A stretch of 64,000 nucleotides of DNA from Alphaproteobacteria bacterium (GCA_965232515.1 CBDDPY010000002.1:5728001-5792000); one strand, 5' to 3'. Counted from the stretch's first letter, positions 1 to 10,777 are shown. Numbers and translations are program-made. The notes: generated from the letters alone by a model not told the origin.

Positions 1-735
1 TTCCTGCTGATCGTGTTCGCCGCCTGGGCGCTGAACTTGGTGTTCTCCGGCCGCGCCGCCTTCCTGCACGTCGGCGCGCTGGTCGGCACCATGATGGCCG
101 CCAACGTCTTCGCCGTGATCATCCCGAACCAGCGCAAAACCGTCGACGCCCTGATCGCCGGCCAGGACCCCGATCCGGCGCTCGGCGCCGAGGCCGGCAC
201 CCGCTCGCTGCACAACAACTATCTGACCCTGCCGGTGCTGGCGATGATGATCGGCAGCCACTATCCCTTGCTCTACGACCACCCGCAGAGCTGGCTCATC
301 GTCGCCCTGCTGCTGGTCGGTAGCGGCGCCTTCAAACACTTCCTCAACCGCCTCGACGAGGGCGCCCGCTTCGCCCAGGCCGCCTGGTTGCTGCCGGCCA
401 CCGCCGCGGCGCTGATCGTCGCCGTCATCCTCACCGCCCACCGCCCGGAACTCGACGACGACATAGCCGAAACGATCAGCGACGAGGAAGCCTTCGAGAT
501 CGTCGAGTCCCGCTGCTCCGTCTGCCACGCCCCCGAACCGGTCTGGGAGGGCTATCTCGCCGCCCCGGCGGGCGTGAAACTACACACCCCCGAGCAGCTA
601 ACCCGCCTCGAACACGCCATCGAAGTGCAAGCCGTCCTCAGCCGCGCCATGCCCCCCGGCAACCTCACTGGCATAACCCCGGAAGAACGCGCCGCCCTCG
701 GAAATTGGCTCAACGCGCAACGCGTTGATCAGTAG
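1..735 (+). CDS. puuD: Urate hydroxylase PuuD-like membrane protein with C-terminal cytochrome c domain (5' truncated by the window)
   Basis: Motifs GTMMAANVFAVIIPNQ and RSLHNNYLTLPVL, several TM helices, CSVCH haem-c motif, MPPGN; lies next to uraH/xdh. Confidence 0.85.
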   Translation, partial: FLLIVFAAWALNLVFSGRAAFLHVGALVGTMMAANVFAVIIPNQRKTVDALIAGQDPDPALGAEAGTRSLHNNYLTLPVLAMMIGSHYPLLYDHPQSWLIVALLLVGSGAFKHFLNRLDEGARFAQAAWLLPATAAALIVAVILTAHRPELDDDIAETISDEEAFEIVESRCSVCHAPEPVWEGYLAAPAGVKLHTPEQLTRLEHAIEVQAVLSRAMPPGNLTGITPEERAALGNWLNAQRVDQ

Positions 736-740
736 CTAAA

Positions 741-798
741 AGTTTCGGTGACAGTAACCTTAATTCGTTCGCGAATTAAGGTTACTGTCACCGAAACT
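741..798. repeat. Perfect 27-bp inverted repeat with TTCG loop between convergent genes; possible bidirectional terminator or REP-like element
   Basis: AGTTTCGGTGACAGTAACCTTAATTCG (741-767), loop TTCG, exact reverse complement (772-798). Confidence 0.85.
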
Positions 799-829
799 AC
801 TTGCCGCAGGATTCCTTGCGATGGGTAAT

Positions 830-1183
830 CTAACTCCCGCGATACGTCGAATAGCTCCAGGGCGAGACCAGGAGCGGCACGTGGTAGTTCTGGGCGGCGT
901 CAAAGATGGCGAAGCGGATCGGCACGACGTCGAGGAACGGCGGGTCGGGCAGAGCGAGCCCCTGGGCGCGGAAATAGGCCGCGACCTGGAAGGCGATCTC
1001 GTAGGCGCCGACCTGCACCGTCTCGTCGCTCAGCAGCGGCGCGTCGGTGCGGCCGTCGGCGTTGGTGACGCCGGCACTCAAGACCTCCCAGTCCTCGCCG
1101 TCGCGCTGCGACAGCGTGAAATGCATGCCGGCCGCCGGCTTGCCCTGCGCCGTATCCAGCACGTGTGTCGATAGCCGTCCCAT
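830..1183 (-). CDS. uraH: 5-hydroxyisourate hydrolase (transthyretin-like)
   Basis: [19 protein letters not shown] ... [18 protein letters not shown] signature; ATG overlaps the xdhB stop (TGATG). Confidence 0.95.
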   Translation of the reverse strand: MGRLSTHVLDTAQGKPAAGMHFTLSQRDGEDWEVLSAGVTNADGRTDAPLLSDETVQVGAYEIAFQVAAYFRAQGLALPDPPFLDVVPIRFAIFDAAQNYHVPLLVSPWSYSTYRGS

Positions 1184-3498
1184 CAGTCTCCCCCCTGCAA
1201 GGCCTCGACGGCGGCGAGCACCGCCGCCGGCGTCGCCGGCGCGTCGAGCGGCACCGGCCTGTTCCCGTCGCCCGCCGCCGCCACCGCGTCGCGCAGCGCC
1301 AGCCAGACGCTGATCGCCAGCATCAGCGGCGGCTCGCCGATCGCTTTCGACTTGAAGATCGTGTCCTCCCGGTTCGGCGCGTCCTCCAGGATATGCACCC
1401 GGAAGTCGGGTGGCACGTCGCGGCTGCCGGGGATCTTGTAGGTCGACGGCCCGTGCGTCCTGAGGCGCCCGTCCGCGTCCCAATAGAGTTCCTCGCAGGT
1501 CAGCCAGCCCATGCCCTGCACGAAGCCGCCCTCGATCTGGCCCAGATCCACCGCCGGGTTCAGCGACGCCCCGCAATCCTGTAGCAGGTCGGCGCGCAGC
1601 ACGCGCATCTCGCCGGTCAGCGTGTCGACCGCCACCTCGGCGACCGCCGCGCCGTAGCTGAAATAGAAAAACGGCCGGCCGGTGTTCGTGCCCATGTCCC
1701 AGTGGATCTTCGGCGTCTTGTAGAACCCGGCCTGCGACAGTGAGACTCGCCCGCGCCAGCACATCTCGGCCAGTTCCTCGAAGGCCAGCGACTCGTTGCC
1801 GGCATGCACCCGGTTCTCGCGGAACTGAATGGCGTCCGCCGCGACGCCGAAATGCTCGGCCGCCATCGCCGCCATGCGCCCCCGGATTGCTGCCGCGGCG
1901 TTGTGCGCCGCCATGCCGTTCAGGTCGCTCCCCGTCGAAGCCGCGGTCGGGCTGGTGTTCGGCACCTTCTCGGTCGAGGTCTCCGACAGTTTGATCCGGT
2001 CGGCGTCGATCTGGAAGGTCTCGGCCACGACCTGCGCCACCTTCATGAACAGGCCCTGGCCCATCTCGATGCCGCCGTGGTTGAGATGCACCGAGCCGTC
2101 CGAATAGACATGCACCAGCGCGCCGGCCTGGTTCATCTGCGGGAGGTTGAAGGAGATGCCGAACTTGATCGGCATCATCGCCAGCCCGCGCTTGATAATC
2201 GGGCTCGCGCGATTGAAGGCGTCGATCGCGGCGCGGCGGCTGTCGAAGTCCGCCTGCCGCATCACCTCCGGCACGATTTGGTCCAGTAAATTGTCCTCGA
2301 CCACCTGCCCATAGGGCGTCTTCTGCGCGGTGCCGGCATAGAGGTTCACCGCGCGCACGGCCTCGGGCGGCTTGCCGAGCCGGCGCGCCACGTCGTCCAG
2401 CAGCGCCTCGATCGCCAGCATGCCCTGCGGCCCGCCGAAGCCGCGAAACGCCGTATTCGACACCGTGTTGGTGCGACAGAGGAAGCCGCGAAAGCGCGCG
2501 CGCGGCAGGAAATAGGCGTTGTCCGCGTGGCACAGCGCCCGGGTCAGCACCGGCGGCGACAGGTCGGCGTTATGGCCGCAATGGGCATAGAGGTCGATGC
2601 GCACGCCCGCCAGCCGGCCGTCGTCGTCGAACCCGGCGTCGTAGCGGACCAGGAACCCGTGCCGCTTACCGGTGACGATCATGTCGGCGTCGCGCGGCAG
2701 CCGCAGCTTCGCCGGCCGTTTCGTTCTGTCGGCGACCAGCGCGGCCAGCGCGGCGATGATCGTCGCCTGGCTCTCTTTGCCGCCGAAGCCGCCGCCGAGC
2801 CGCCGCACGCGCACCGTCACGTCGTGCATCTTCAGGCCGAGCAGGCGCGCCGTCGCCTCCTGCACCTCGGTCGGGTGCTGCGTCGAGGAATAGACCAGTA
2901 GATCGCGGTCTTCCTGCGGCAGGGCCAGCGCCACCTGGCCCTCGAGATAGAAATGGTCCTGCCCGCCCATGCGCAGCTCGCCCGACAGCCTGTGCGGCGC
3001 CGCGTCAATGGCCGCGTCCGCGTCGCCCACGGCCATCACCGAGGGCGGCCGCAGATAGCTCTCGGCCGCGATGGCATCGTCCAGCGTCAGCACCGCCGGC
3101 AGTTCCTCGTAGGTCACGGCGACGGCCTGCGCGGCGTGAAACGCCGCGGCCTCGGTCTCTGTGGCGACGACGGCGACGGGCGCGCCGATATAGTCGGCGG
3201 TCTCGGCGAACAGGGCCGGCTCGTCGTGCTCGATCGGCCCGACGGCGTTTGCGCCCGGAATGTCGGCCGCGGTCAGCACGGCGACGACGCCGGGCAACGC
3301 CAGCGCCGGCCCGGCATCGATGCCGACGATCCGCGCGTGCGGATGCGGACTCGTCACGACGGCGCAATGCAGCAGGTCCGGCGGCGCCGGCATGTCGTCC
3401 ACATAGACCGCGGCGCCGGTGACGTGCTTCTCGGCGCTGTCGTGCGGCGGCGACTGGCGCACGCCGCCCTTGATGCCCGACGGCAGTGGCCCGCTCAC
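1183..3498 (-). CDS. xdhB: Xanthine dehydrogenase molybdopterin-binding subunit
   Basis: [37 protein letters not shown] and SKAIGEPP motifs; GTG start inferred from the GTGA overlap with the xdhA stop. Confidence 0.95.
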   Translation of the reverse strand: MSGPLPSGIKGGVRQSPPHDSAEKHVTGAAVYVDDMPAPPDLLHCAVVTSPHPHARIVGIDAGPALALPGVVAVLTAADIPGANAVGPIEHDEPALFAETADYIGAPVAVVATETEAAAFHAAQAVAVTYEELPAVLTLDDAIAAESYLRPPSVMAVGDADAAIDAAPHRLSGELRMGGQDHFYLEGQVALALPQEDRDLLVYSSTQHPTEVQEATARLLGLKMHDVTVRVRRLGGGFGGKESQATIIAALAALVADRTKRPAKLRLPRDADMIVTGKRHGFLVRYDAGFDDDGRLAGVRIDLYAHCGHNADLSPPVLTRALCHADNAYFLPRARFRGFLCRTNTVSNTAFRGFGGPQGMLAIEALLDDVARRLGKPPEAVRAVNLYAGTAQKTPYGQVVEDNLLDQIVPEVMRQADFDSRRAAIDAFNRASPIIKRGLAMMPIKFGISFNLPQMNQAGALVHVYSDGSVHLNHGGIEMGQGLFMKVAQVVAETFQIDADRIKLSETSTEKVPNTSPTAASTGSDLNGMAAHNAAAAIRGRMAAMAAEHFGVAADAIQFRENRVHAGNESLAFEELAEMCWRGRVSLSQAGFYKTPKIHWDMGTNTGRPFFYFSYGAAVAEVAVDTLTGEMRVLRADLLQDCGASLNPAVDLGQIEGGFVQGMGWLTCEELYWDADGRLRTHGPSTYKIPGSRDVPPDFRVHILEDAPNREDTIFKSKAIGEPPLMLAISVWLALRDAVAAAGDGNRPVPLDAPATPAAVLAAVEALQGGD

Positions 3499-4901
3499 AG
3501 GTCCTGCACCGTCACTGGGGCGCTGCCCGTGGTCTCGTGCCACAGCCGCAGTAGCAGGTTGCGCCCGGCCGACCGGCGGTAGCCGGCGCTGCCGCGCATG
3601 TCCGTCATCGGCGACAGCGTCTTGTCCAACGCGCCGCTCGCCGCCCGCGCCGTTTCGAGCGTCCAGGCCTTGCCGCGCAAGGCGTCTTCCACCGCCGCGA
3701 CGCGCACGGGCGTCGCCGCCATGCCGCCATAAGCGACGCGGATGTCCGCGACTTGGCCATCCTTGAGCGTCAGCCGAAACGCGCCGCAGACCGTCGAAAT
3801 GTCCTGGTCATAACGCTTCGACAGCTTGTAGATCCGGAAAACCTCGTCGGGCTTCGGCCGCGGCAGGGTCACATGCTCGATCAACTCGCCCGGCTGCAAG
3901 ACCGTCTGGCGATAGCCGCTGAACATCTCGGCGGCCGGCACGGTGCGGCGCCCGCTCTTGCTGACAATGCCGATCCCGGCGTCGAGCGCGATTAGCGCCG
4001 GTAGGCTGTCGCCGATCGGCGAGGCCGTGCCGATATTGCCACCCAGCGTCGCCCGATTGCGGATCTGTGGCGAGCCGAAGCGCCGGAACAGCACGGCGAG
4101 CGAGGGATAATCCGCCTCGATCACCGGGATCAGACGTTCCAGCGACACCGTCGCGCCGATCAGATAGTGGTCGTCACGCACTTCCAGACGCTGCAGCTCG
4201 GCCACCCGGTCGAGCGCCACCAGCGGCACCTCCGAACCTTTCTCCTTCGAGATCGCCACGCCCAGATCGGTGGCGCCGCAGACCGGCTTGGCATCGGGCT
4301 CGGCGGCGAGGGCATCGAACACCTCGGCGAGACTTTGAGGATTGAGTTCGAGCTGTCCAAGCTGGGTTCGATCAATCTCAGCGACCGCGTCCATCTGCGG
4401 CGCGGCCTCGCGGGCCGCGGCCAGCGCGGCATCGACGATCGGGCGATAGCCGGTGCAGCGGCAGAGGTTGCCGGCGAGCGCGTCGTGGACGGCGTCCGCG
4501 TCGGTGAGCCGGCCGGCCTGGTGCGCGCCCACCAGCGCCACGACGAAGCCCGGCGTGCAATAGCCGCACTGGCTGCCGCCGGTTTCGATCAGCGCCCGCT
4601 GCACCGGATGCAGCGCGCCGTCCGGCGCGGCGATGCCCTCGACCGTGCGGATCGCGGTGCCGTCGAGCTGGCCCAGCAGCAGCAGGCAGGCGTTCACCGC
4701 CTCGTAGGCGAGGTCGCCGCCATTCGCCGGCGGCCGCGCCAGCAGTACCGTGCAGGCCCCGCAATCGCCCTCGGCGCAACCCTCCTTGGTGCCGGTCAGC
4801 CGGCGATGCAGCCGCAGATAGTCGAGCAGCGTCACCGTCGGCGGCACGTCGCTGGCGTCGACGGCCTCGCCGTTCAGAACGAAACGTCCGGATTCCCTCA
4901 T
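3495..4901 (-). CDS. xdhA: Xanthine dehydrogenase small subunit (2Fe-2S and FAD)
   Basis: GTKEGCAEGDCGACT, QCGYCTPGF, GNLCRCTGY, QIRNRATLGGN, YKLSKRYDQDIS. Confidence 0.95.
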   Translation of the reverse strand: MRESGRFVLNGEAVDASDVPPTVTLLDYLRLHRRLTGTKEGCAEGDCGACTVLLARPPANGGDLAYEAVNACLLLLGQLDGTAIRTVEGIAAPDGALHPVQRALIETGGSQCGYCTPGFVVALVGAHQAGRLTDADAVHDALAGNLCRCTGYRPIVDAALAAAREAAPQMDAVAEIDRTQLGQLELNPQSLAEVFDALAAEPDAKPVCGATDLGVAISKEKGSEVPLVALDRVAELQRLEVRDDHYLIGATVSLERLIPVIEADYPSLAVLFRRFGSPQIRNRATLGGNIGTASPIGDSLPALIALDAGIGIVSKSGRRTVPAAEMFSGYRQTVLQPGELIEHVTLPRPKPDEVFRIYKLSKRYDQDISTVCGAFRLTLKDGQVADIRVAYGGMAATPVRVAAVEDALRGKAWTLETARAASGALDKTLSPMTDMRGSAGYRRSAGRNLLLRLWHETTGSAPVTVQDL

Positions 4902-4965
4902 AACCGCGCAGGTTAGCCCGCATTTTCACGGCGGTCACAGGGTTTTGTACAGCTTGCTCGTTGTG

Positions 4966-5051
4966 GTCATCCTGGCGCAGGCCAGGATCCATGGACAGGG
5001 CAACCTATTGAAGTGAAAAGAAAAATGGATCCTGGCCTGCGCCAGGATGAC
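4966..5051. repeat. REP-like inverted doublet (GTCAT..ATCCA family)
   Basis: GTCATCCTGGCGCAGGCCAGGATCCAT at 4966-4992 and its exact reverse complement at 5025-5051. Confidence 0.85.
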
Positions 5052-5096
5052 GTCAAGTTCGGTGGAGTGCGGTCCGTCTCATGGGTCTCGACAACA

Positions 5097-5136
5097 TTGA
5101 CTCTTGGCAAGGAAATTTTTAGAACAAAATAAGAAC
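5097..5136 (+). promoter_or_regulatory. Alphaproteobacterial LexA (SOS) box overlapping a putative sigma70 promoter of imuA
   Basis: GAAC-AAAATAA-GAAC at 5122-5136 (GAAC-N7-GAAC); TTGACT at 5097-5102, 17 bp spacer, TAGAAC at 5120-5125. Confidence 0.85.
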
Positions 5137-5147
5137 ATAGGCATGAT

Positions 5148-5972
5148 ATGCAGACCTACGGCAAACCCAATCCCCGCGTGACAGTGATCCGCGACCTGCA
5201 GGCGGCGATTGCGGCGTTGGAGAAGCGGCCATTGTCGCTCTCGGCCCCGGATGAGGGCGCGGCCATCGCGCCGGTCTGGAGCTTGGGCGCGTCCGGTGTC
5301 GACGCGGCCCTGCCGGGCGGCGGGCTGCCGCTGCCGGCCCTGCATGAGGTCGCGGCCGAGGCCTACAACGACGGCCCGGCCGCTGCCGGCTTCGCCGCGG
5401 CGCTCGCGGTGCGCCGGCACGAGGCCGCGCCGCTGCTCTGGTGCAGCGCCGCCACGGCGACGGCGGCGTTCGGCGCGCTGCACGGGCCGGGGCTGCTGAA
5501 TTTCGGCCTGCCGCCGGACCGGCTGCTGCTGGTCGCCGCGCGCAAGGACATCGATGTCTTGTGGGCGATGGAGGAGGGACTGCGGTCGGGCGTGCTGTCG
5601 CTGGTCGTCGGCGAGGTGATGACGGCGGATCTCACCGCCACGCGCCGGCTGGCCCTGGCGGCGCAGGCTGCCGGCGTGCCGGCGCTCCTGCTGCGCAACC
5701 CGCGCGGCCTCTGCGCCAGCGCCGCTTACAGCCGCTGGCGCATCGCCGCCCGGCCCAGCACCAGCCGTGCCTTCGCGGCGCACGCCCCCGGCCGGCCGCG
5801 CTGGCAGGTCCGGCTCGAGCGCTGCCGCGGCGGCCGGCCGAAGACCTGGACGATGGAATGGGAGCATGAAACGGGTCGTCTCGCTGTGGCTGCCCCGCTG
5901 GCCGACCGACCGGCTGCGGCTGGCCGGCCGTCGCGGTGCGCCGAAATCGTCGGCCTGCGCCGCGCCGGCTGA
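5148..5972 (+). CDS. imuA: ImuA (RecA-like mutagenesis accessory protein)
   Basis: DAALPGGGLP..ALHE, LWAMEEGLRS and ATRRLALAA motifs; first gene of the LexA-boxed cassette. Confidence 0.88.
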   Translation: MQTYGKPNPRVTVIRDLQAAIAALEKRPLSLSAPDEGAAIAPVWSLGASGVDAALPGGGLPLPALHEVAAEAYNDGPAAAGFAAALAVRRHEAAPLLWCSAATATAAFGALHGPGLLNFGLPPDRLLLVAARKDIDVLWAMEEGLRSGVLSLVVGEVMTADLTATRRLALAAQAAGVPALLLRNPRGLCASAAYSRWRIAARPSTSRAFAAHAPGRPRWQVRLERCRGGRPKTWTMEWEHETGRLAVAAPLADRPAAAGRPSRCAEIVGLRRAG

Positions 5973-7461
5973 GCCGCTGGCGCTGACCGCCTCGGGTCGC
6001 AAGGGCCTGGTGGTGACGGCGCTGAACGCGGCCGGCGAGGCCGCCGGGCTTTATGTGGGCATGGCGCTCACCGACGCGCGCGCCATCCTGCCGGCCCTGC
6101 GGACCCGTCCGGCCGAGCCCGAAAACGACGCCCGGGCACTGGCGGCGCTCGCCGACTGGTGCACCCGCTACACGCCCTGGGTCAATATCGACGGCGCCGA
6201 CGGCCTCTGGCTCGACGTCACCGGCTGCGCGCACCTGTTCGGCGGCGAGGCGGGCCTGCTGGCCGACATCGTTCGGCGGCTGCAGGATCTCGGCGTCTTC
6301 GTGCGTCTTGGCCTCGCCGACACGCCGGGTGCGGCCTGGGCGGCGGCGCGGCAGATCCGTTCGGCCGATGTCGCCGACGGCATCGTGCCGCCGGACGGCG
6401 CGCGCGACGCGCTGGCGCCGCTGTCGGTCGAAGGGCTGCGGCTGACGCCGGAGACGGTGGCGACGCTGAAACGCCTCGGCCTCACCCGCATCGGCCAGCT
6501 CTACGATCTGCCGCGCGCCGGCCTCAAGCGCCGCTTCGCGTCCGCCGAAGAGCCGGAAGCCGTGCTGCGCCGGCTCGACCAGGCCTTCGGCGTGCATGAC
6601 GAGCCGGTGGCGCCATTGCGGCCGGCCCCGGCCTATCGCGCCCGTCTCGGCTTCGCCGAGCCGCTGACCGAGGTGCTGGCCATCGAGACCCTACTGCCGG
6701 ATCTCGTCGTCGATCTCTGCCGGGCGCTGGCCCAGGACCATCAGGGCGCCCGACGGCTGACGCTCGCGGCTTACCGGGTCGACGGCCGGGTCGAGCGGTT
6801 GACCGTCGCCGCCAGCCGGCCGACGCGGGATACCCGGCACCTGCAGCGGCTGTTCCGCGAGCGTGTCGAGCAGATCGATGTCGGCTTCGGCATCGACGGA
6901 TTGATCCTGTCGGCCGACCGGGTTGACGAACTGGCGCCCGACCAGCCGTCGTTCGCCGCCGGCGCGCGCTTCGCGGCGGATGGCCTTTCGCAGGACGCGG
7001 CGGTCGGCCGTCTGGTCGACCGGCTGGCGAACAAGCTTGGGCCCGCCTGCGTCATGCAGACCGCGCCCCATGCCAGTCACCTGCCGGAGAAGGCGGCGCG
7101 GCGCATCGGCGCGCTCGGCGCCGCGCCGGCCTGGCCCGAGGCGCCGCGCGATGGGCCGCCGCGGCCGTTCCGCATGTTCGACCGGCCGGAGCCCATCGAA
7201 GTGACCGCCGAGGTGCCGGAAGGCCCGCCGATCAGCTTCCGCTGGCGGCGGCTGGTACACCGCATCGCGCGGGCCGAGGGCCCCGAGCGCATCGCGCCTG
7301 AGTGGTGGCTGACGCAGGACCTCGACGATGACCGCATCCGCGACTACTACCAGGTCGAGGATGCCGAGGGCCGGCGCTTCTGGCTCTATCGCGAAGGCTT
7401 GTTCGGCGCGCCCGGCCGCGACGGCCCGCCGCGCTGGTACATGCACGGCCTGTTCGCATGA
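5866..7461 (+). CDS. imuB: ImuB (inactive Y-family polymerase)
   Basis: MKRVVSLWLPRWPTDR, RYTPWV..DG.DGLWLDVTGCAHLFGGE, GPERIAPEWW, RDYYQVED, WYMHGLFA; ATGA overlap with dnaE2. Confidence 0.92.
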   Translation: MKRVVSLWLPRWPTDRLRLAGRRGAPKSSACAAPAEPLALTASGRKGLVVTALNAAGEAAGLYVGMALTDARAILPALRTRPAEPENDARALAALADWCTRYTPWVNIDGADGLWLDVTGCAHLFGGEAGLLADIVRRLQDLGVFVRLGLADTPGAAWAAARQIRSADVADGIVPPDGARDALAPLSVEGLRLTPETVATLKRLGLTRIGQLYDLPRAGLKRRFASAEEPEAVLRRLDQAFGVHDEPVAPLRPAPAYRARLGFAEPLTEVLAIETLLPDLVVDLCRALAQDHQGARRLTLAAYRVDGRVERLTVAASRPTRDTRHLQRLFRERVEQIDVGFGIDGLILSADRVDELAPDQPSFAAGARFAADGLSQDAAVGRLVDRLANKLGPACVMQTAPHASHLPEKAARRIGALGAAPAWPEAPRDGPPRPFRMFDRPEPIEVTAEVPEGPPISFRWRRLVHRIARAEGPERIAPEWWLTQDLDDDRIRDYYQVEDAEGRRFWLYREGLFGAPGRDGPPRWYMHGLFA

Positions 7462-10400
7462 CCGCCCGCGATCCCGCCTACGCCGAGCTGCAGGTGACGA
7501 CCAACTTCAGCTTCCTGCGCGGCGGCTCCCATCCCGACGAGCTGGTGCGGACCGCCAAGGCGCTGGGCCTCGCCGCCATCGCCGTCACCGACCGCAATTC
7601 CTTTGCCGGCGTCGTGCGCGCCCATGTCGCCGCGAAAGAGCACGACATGCGCCTCATCGTCGGCGTGCGGCTCGATCTGCAGGACGCGCCCAGCCTGCTG
7701 GCCTATCCCACCGACCGCGCCGCCTATGGCCGGCTCAGCCGCCTGCTGACGCACGGCAAGCGTCGCGCCGACAAGGGCGAGTGCGAGCTTTATTTCGACG
7801 ACGTCTGCGACCATGCCGAGGGCCAGGTCTTCGTGCTGCTGCCGCCCGAGACCTGGGAGCAGGACGCATTGGCCGCCGAAACCCGCGATATCGCCCACCG
7901 GCTCCAGGCGCCGCTCTATCTCGCCGCGCATTATTGTTACCGCGGCGACGACCGCCGACGCATCGCCCGCCTCGCCGCCGTCGCCGAGGCCGCCGGCGTC
8001 AAGCTGCTGGCGACCAACGACGTGCACTATCACGACCCCGACCGCCGGCCGCTGCAGGACGTCGTCACCTGCATCCGCGAGGGCTGCAGCATCGCGGACG
8101 CCGGCTATCGCCTCGCCGCCAATGCCGAGCGCTATTTGAAGCCCCCGGCCGAGATGGCGCGCCTGTTCGCCGGCCACGAAGACGCCGTCGCACGCACGCG
8201 CGAGATCGCCGAGGCCTGCACCTTCTCGCTCGACGAACTGCGCTACAACTATCCCGACGAGCCGGTGCCGGCCGGCAAGACGCCGCAGCAGCATCTGGAG
8301 GACATCACCTGGCGCGGCGCGGCCTCGCGCTATCCCGACGGCGTGCCGCCCAAGGTCGAGGCGGTGCTGAAAAAGGAGCTGGCGCTGATCGCCGAGCTGC
8401 GCTACGCGCCTTATTTCCTCACGGTCTACGACATCGTGCACTGGGCCCGCGGCCAGAACATCCTCTGCCAGGGCCGCGGCTCGGCCGCCAATTCCGCGGT
8501 CTGCTACTGCCTCTACATCACCTCGGTCGATCCGATCGAGATCGACCTGCTGTTCGAACGCTTCATCTCGGCCGAGCGCAAGGAGCCGCCCGATATCGAT
8601 GTCGACTTCGAGCACGAGCGCCGCGAGGAGGTGATGCAGTACATCTACCGCCGCTACACGCGCGAGCGCGCCGGCATCGCCGCCACCGTCATCACCTACC
8701 GCGCCCGCTCGGCCGTGCGCGAGGTCGGCAAGGTCATGGGCCTGTCGGAGGACGTGACGGCGGCGCTCGCCGGCACGGTCTGGGGCTGGTCGGAAGAGGG
8801 CGTGCCGGACGAACGCGTGCGCGAGGTCGGCCTCGATCCGACGGACCCCGTGCTGCGCCAGGCATTGGTCCTGTCGGCCGAACTGATCGGCTTTCCCCGG
8901 CATCTGTCGCAGCATGTCGGCGGCTTCGTGCTGACCCGCGATCCGCTGTCCGAAGTCATCCCCATCGGCAACGCCGCCATGGCCGACCGCACCTTTGTCG
9001 AGTGGGACAAGGACGATCTCGACGCGCTGGGCATCTTGAAGATCGACGTGCTGGCGCTCGGCATGCTGACCTGCATCCGCAAATGCTTCGAGCTGCTTGA
9101 GATGCATTACGGCGAGAGCCGCAACCTCGCCAGCTTCTTCCCCGCCACCGACACCGCCACTTACGACATGCTCTGCCGGGCCGACTCGCTCGGCGTGTTC
9201 CAGGTCGAGAGCCGGGCGCAGATGAACATGCTGCCGCGCCTGAGGCCGCGCAATTTCTACGACCTCGTCATCGAGGTGGCGATCGTGCGGCCCGGCCCGA
9301 TCCAGGGCGACATGGTGCATCCCTATCTCCGGCGCCGCGACGGCATCGAGCCGGTCGAGTTTCCCTCGCCCGATCCGGCGCACGGGCCGCCCGACGAGCT
9401 GCGCCGCGTGCTCGGCAAGACCAAGGGCGTGCCGTTGTTCCAGGAACAGGCCATGCGCATCGCCATCGAGGCGGCGAAGTTCACGCCCGAGGAAGCCAAC
9501 AAGCTGCGCCATGCCATGGCCACGTTCCGCCGCCGCGGCACCATCGAGACGCTGGAGAAGAAGATGGTCAGCCGCATGATCTCGCGCGGCTACGAGCCCG
9601 ACTTCGCGCAGCGCTGCTTCGACCAGATCAAGGGCTTCGGCGAATACGGCTTCCCGGAATCGCACGCCGCCAGCTTCGCGCTGCTGGTTTACGTGTCGTC
9701 CTGGCTGAAGTGCCACCATCCGGCCGTGTTCGCCTGCAGCCTGCTGAACGCCCAACCCATGGGCTTCTACGCGCCGGCGCAGATCGTCCGCGACGCGCGC
9801 GAGCATGGCGTCGTCGTCCGCCCGGTCGACATCAACATGAGTCGCTGGGACAACACGCTCGAACCCTGCGCCGACAGCACCCGCGGCATGGCGCTACGTC
9901 TCGGTTTCCGCCAGATCAAGGGCGCCGGCGAGGACGCTATGGCCGCCATCGTCGACCAACGCGGCGACGGTTATGCTGATGTCGAGGACATCTTCCGCCG
10001 CGCGAACGTGCCGGCGGCGGCTTTGGAAAAGCTGGCCGCGGCCGACGCCTTTCACGCGCTCGGCCTCGACCGGCGGCAGGCACTCTGGCAGGTCAAGGCG
10101 CTGCCGCGGACCGTGCCGCTGCCGCTGTTCGCCGCGGCCGACGCGCGCGAGACCGGGGCCGAGCCGGCCGTGGCGCTGCCGCCACTGTCTCTATCGGAAC
10201 AGGTGGTCGACGATTATCAAACCCTGCGGCTGTCACTGAAGGCGCATCCCGTGCAGTTCCTGCGCGCCCGCCTTACGGCCGACGGCGTCGTGCCGACGGC
10301 GAAGCTGTCCGAGATGCGCCACGGCCAGCGGGTCACCGTCGCCGGCATCGTGCTGGTGCGCCAGCGCCCGGGCAGCGCCAAGGGCGTGATCTTCATGACG

Positions 10401-10769
10401 CTCGAAGACGAAACCGGCATCGCCAACGCCGTGGTCTGGCCGAAGACGATGGAGCGTTACCGCCGCCAGGTCATGGGCAGCCGGCTGGTGATCATCCGCG
10501 GCCAGATCCAGCGCCACGAGGACATTATCCACGTCGTCGCCGACCATATCGTCGACGCCTCGGAAGAGCTGCTGCTGCTGTCGGAAGCGGCCGGCGACAT
10601 GGAGGCGCCGCTCGCCCGCGCCGACGAGGTCAAGCGCCCCGGCAAGGACCCCTTCGAGCAGACCGCCGACGCGGCGCCGGCCGCGCGCAGCAGCCTGCCG
10701 CCCCTCAGCCCGTCCCGCCACCCCCGCAACGTCCGCGACCTGGTGCCGCGTTCCCGCGACTTCCACTGA
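7458..10769 (+). CDS. dnaE2: Error-prone DNA polymerase DnaE2 (ImuC)
   Basis: YAELQVTTNFSFLRG, GRGSAANS, PPDIDVDFEH, GYGFPESHA-type motif, OB fold, C-terminal SRDFH. Confidence 0.96.
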   Translation: MTARDPAYAELQVTTNFSFLRGGSHPDELVRTAKALGLAAIAVTDRNSFAGVVRAHVAAKEHDMRLIVGVRLDLQDAPSLLAYPTDRAAYGRLSRLLTHGKRRADKGECELYFDDVCDHAEGQVFVLLPPETWEQDALAAETRDIAHRLQAPLYLAAHYCYRGDDRRRIARLAAVAEAAGVKLLATNDVHYHDPDRRPLQDVVTCIREGCSIADAGYRLAANAERYLKPPAEMARLFAGHEDAVARTREIAEACTFSLDELRYNYPDEPVPAGKTPQQHLEDITWRGAASRYPDGVPPKVEAVLKKELALIAELRYAPYFLTVYDIVHWARGQNILCQGRGSAANSAVCYCLYITSVDPIEIDLLFERFISAERKEPPDIDVDFEHERREEVMQYIYRRYTRERAGIAATVITYRARSAVREVGKVMGLSEDVTAALAGTVWGWSEEGVPDERVREVGLDPTDPVLRQALVLSAELIGFPRHLSQHVGGFVLTRDPLSEVIPIGNAAMADRTFVEWDKDDLDALGILKIDVLALGMLTCIRKCFELLEMHYGESRNLASFFPATDTATYDMLCRADSLGVFQVESRAQMNMLPRLRPRNFYDLVIEVAIVRPGPIQGDMVHPYLRRRDGIEPVEFPSPDPAHGPPDELRRVLGKTKGVPLFQEQAMRIAIEAAKFTPEEANKLRHAMATFRRRGTIETLEKKMVSRMISRGYEPDFAQRCFDQIKGFGEYGFPESHAASFALLVYVSSWLKCHHPAVFACSLLNAQPMGFYAPAQIVRDAREHGVVVRPVDINMSRWDNTLEPCADSTRGMALRLGFRQIKGAGEDAMAAIVDQRGDGYADVEDIFRRANVPAAALEKLAAADAFHALGLDRRQALWQVKALPRTVPLPLFAAADARETGAEPAVALPPLSLSEQVVDDYQTLRLSLKAHPVQFLRARLTADGVVPTAKLSEMRHGQRVTVAGIVLVRQRPGSAKGVIFMTLEDETGIANAVVWPKTMERYRRQVMGSRLVIIRGQIQRHEDIIHVVADHIVDASEELLLLSEAAGDMEAPLARADEVKRPGKDPFEQTADAAPAARSSLPPLSPSRHPRNVRDLVPRSRDFH

Positions 10770-10777
10770 TCGCAGAA

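Noticed and set aside
830-2533. Apparent 567-aa protein ending in a HIU hydrolase domain
   Set aside because: Only 830-1183 is real; the upstream part is an alternative frame of xdhB, so this is not a fusion
5866-5972. 107-bp imuA/imuB overlap as a possible frameshift
   Set aside because: Both ORFs are intact with their own conserved termini; such overlap is not unusual in this cassette
7386-9806. 806-aa antisense ORF and the many other long overlapping ORFs (e.g. 19663-21453, 39950-41899, 43000-44796, 54472-56118)
   Set aside because: Shadow frames of well-supported genes in high-GC DNA; no motifs of their own
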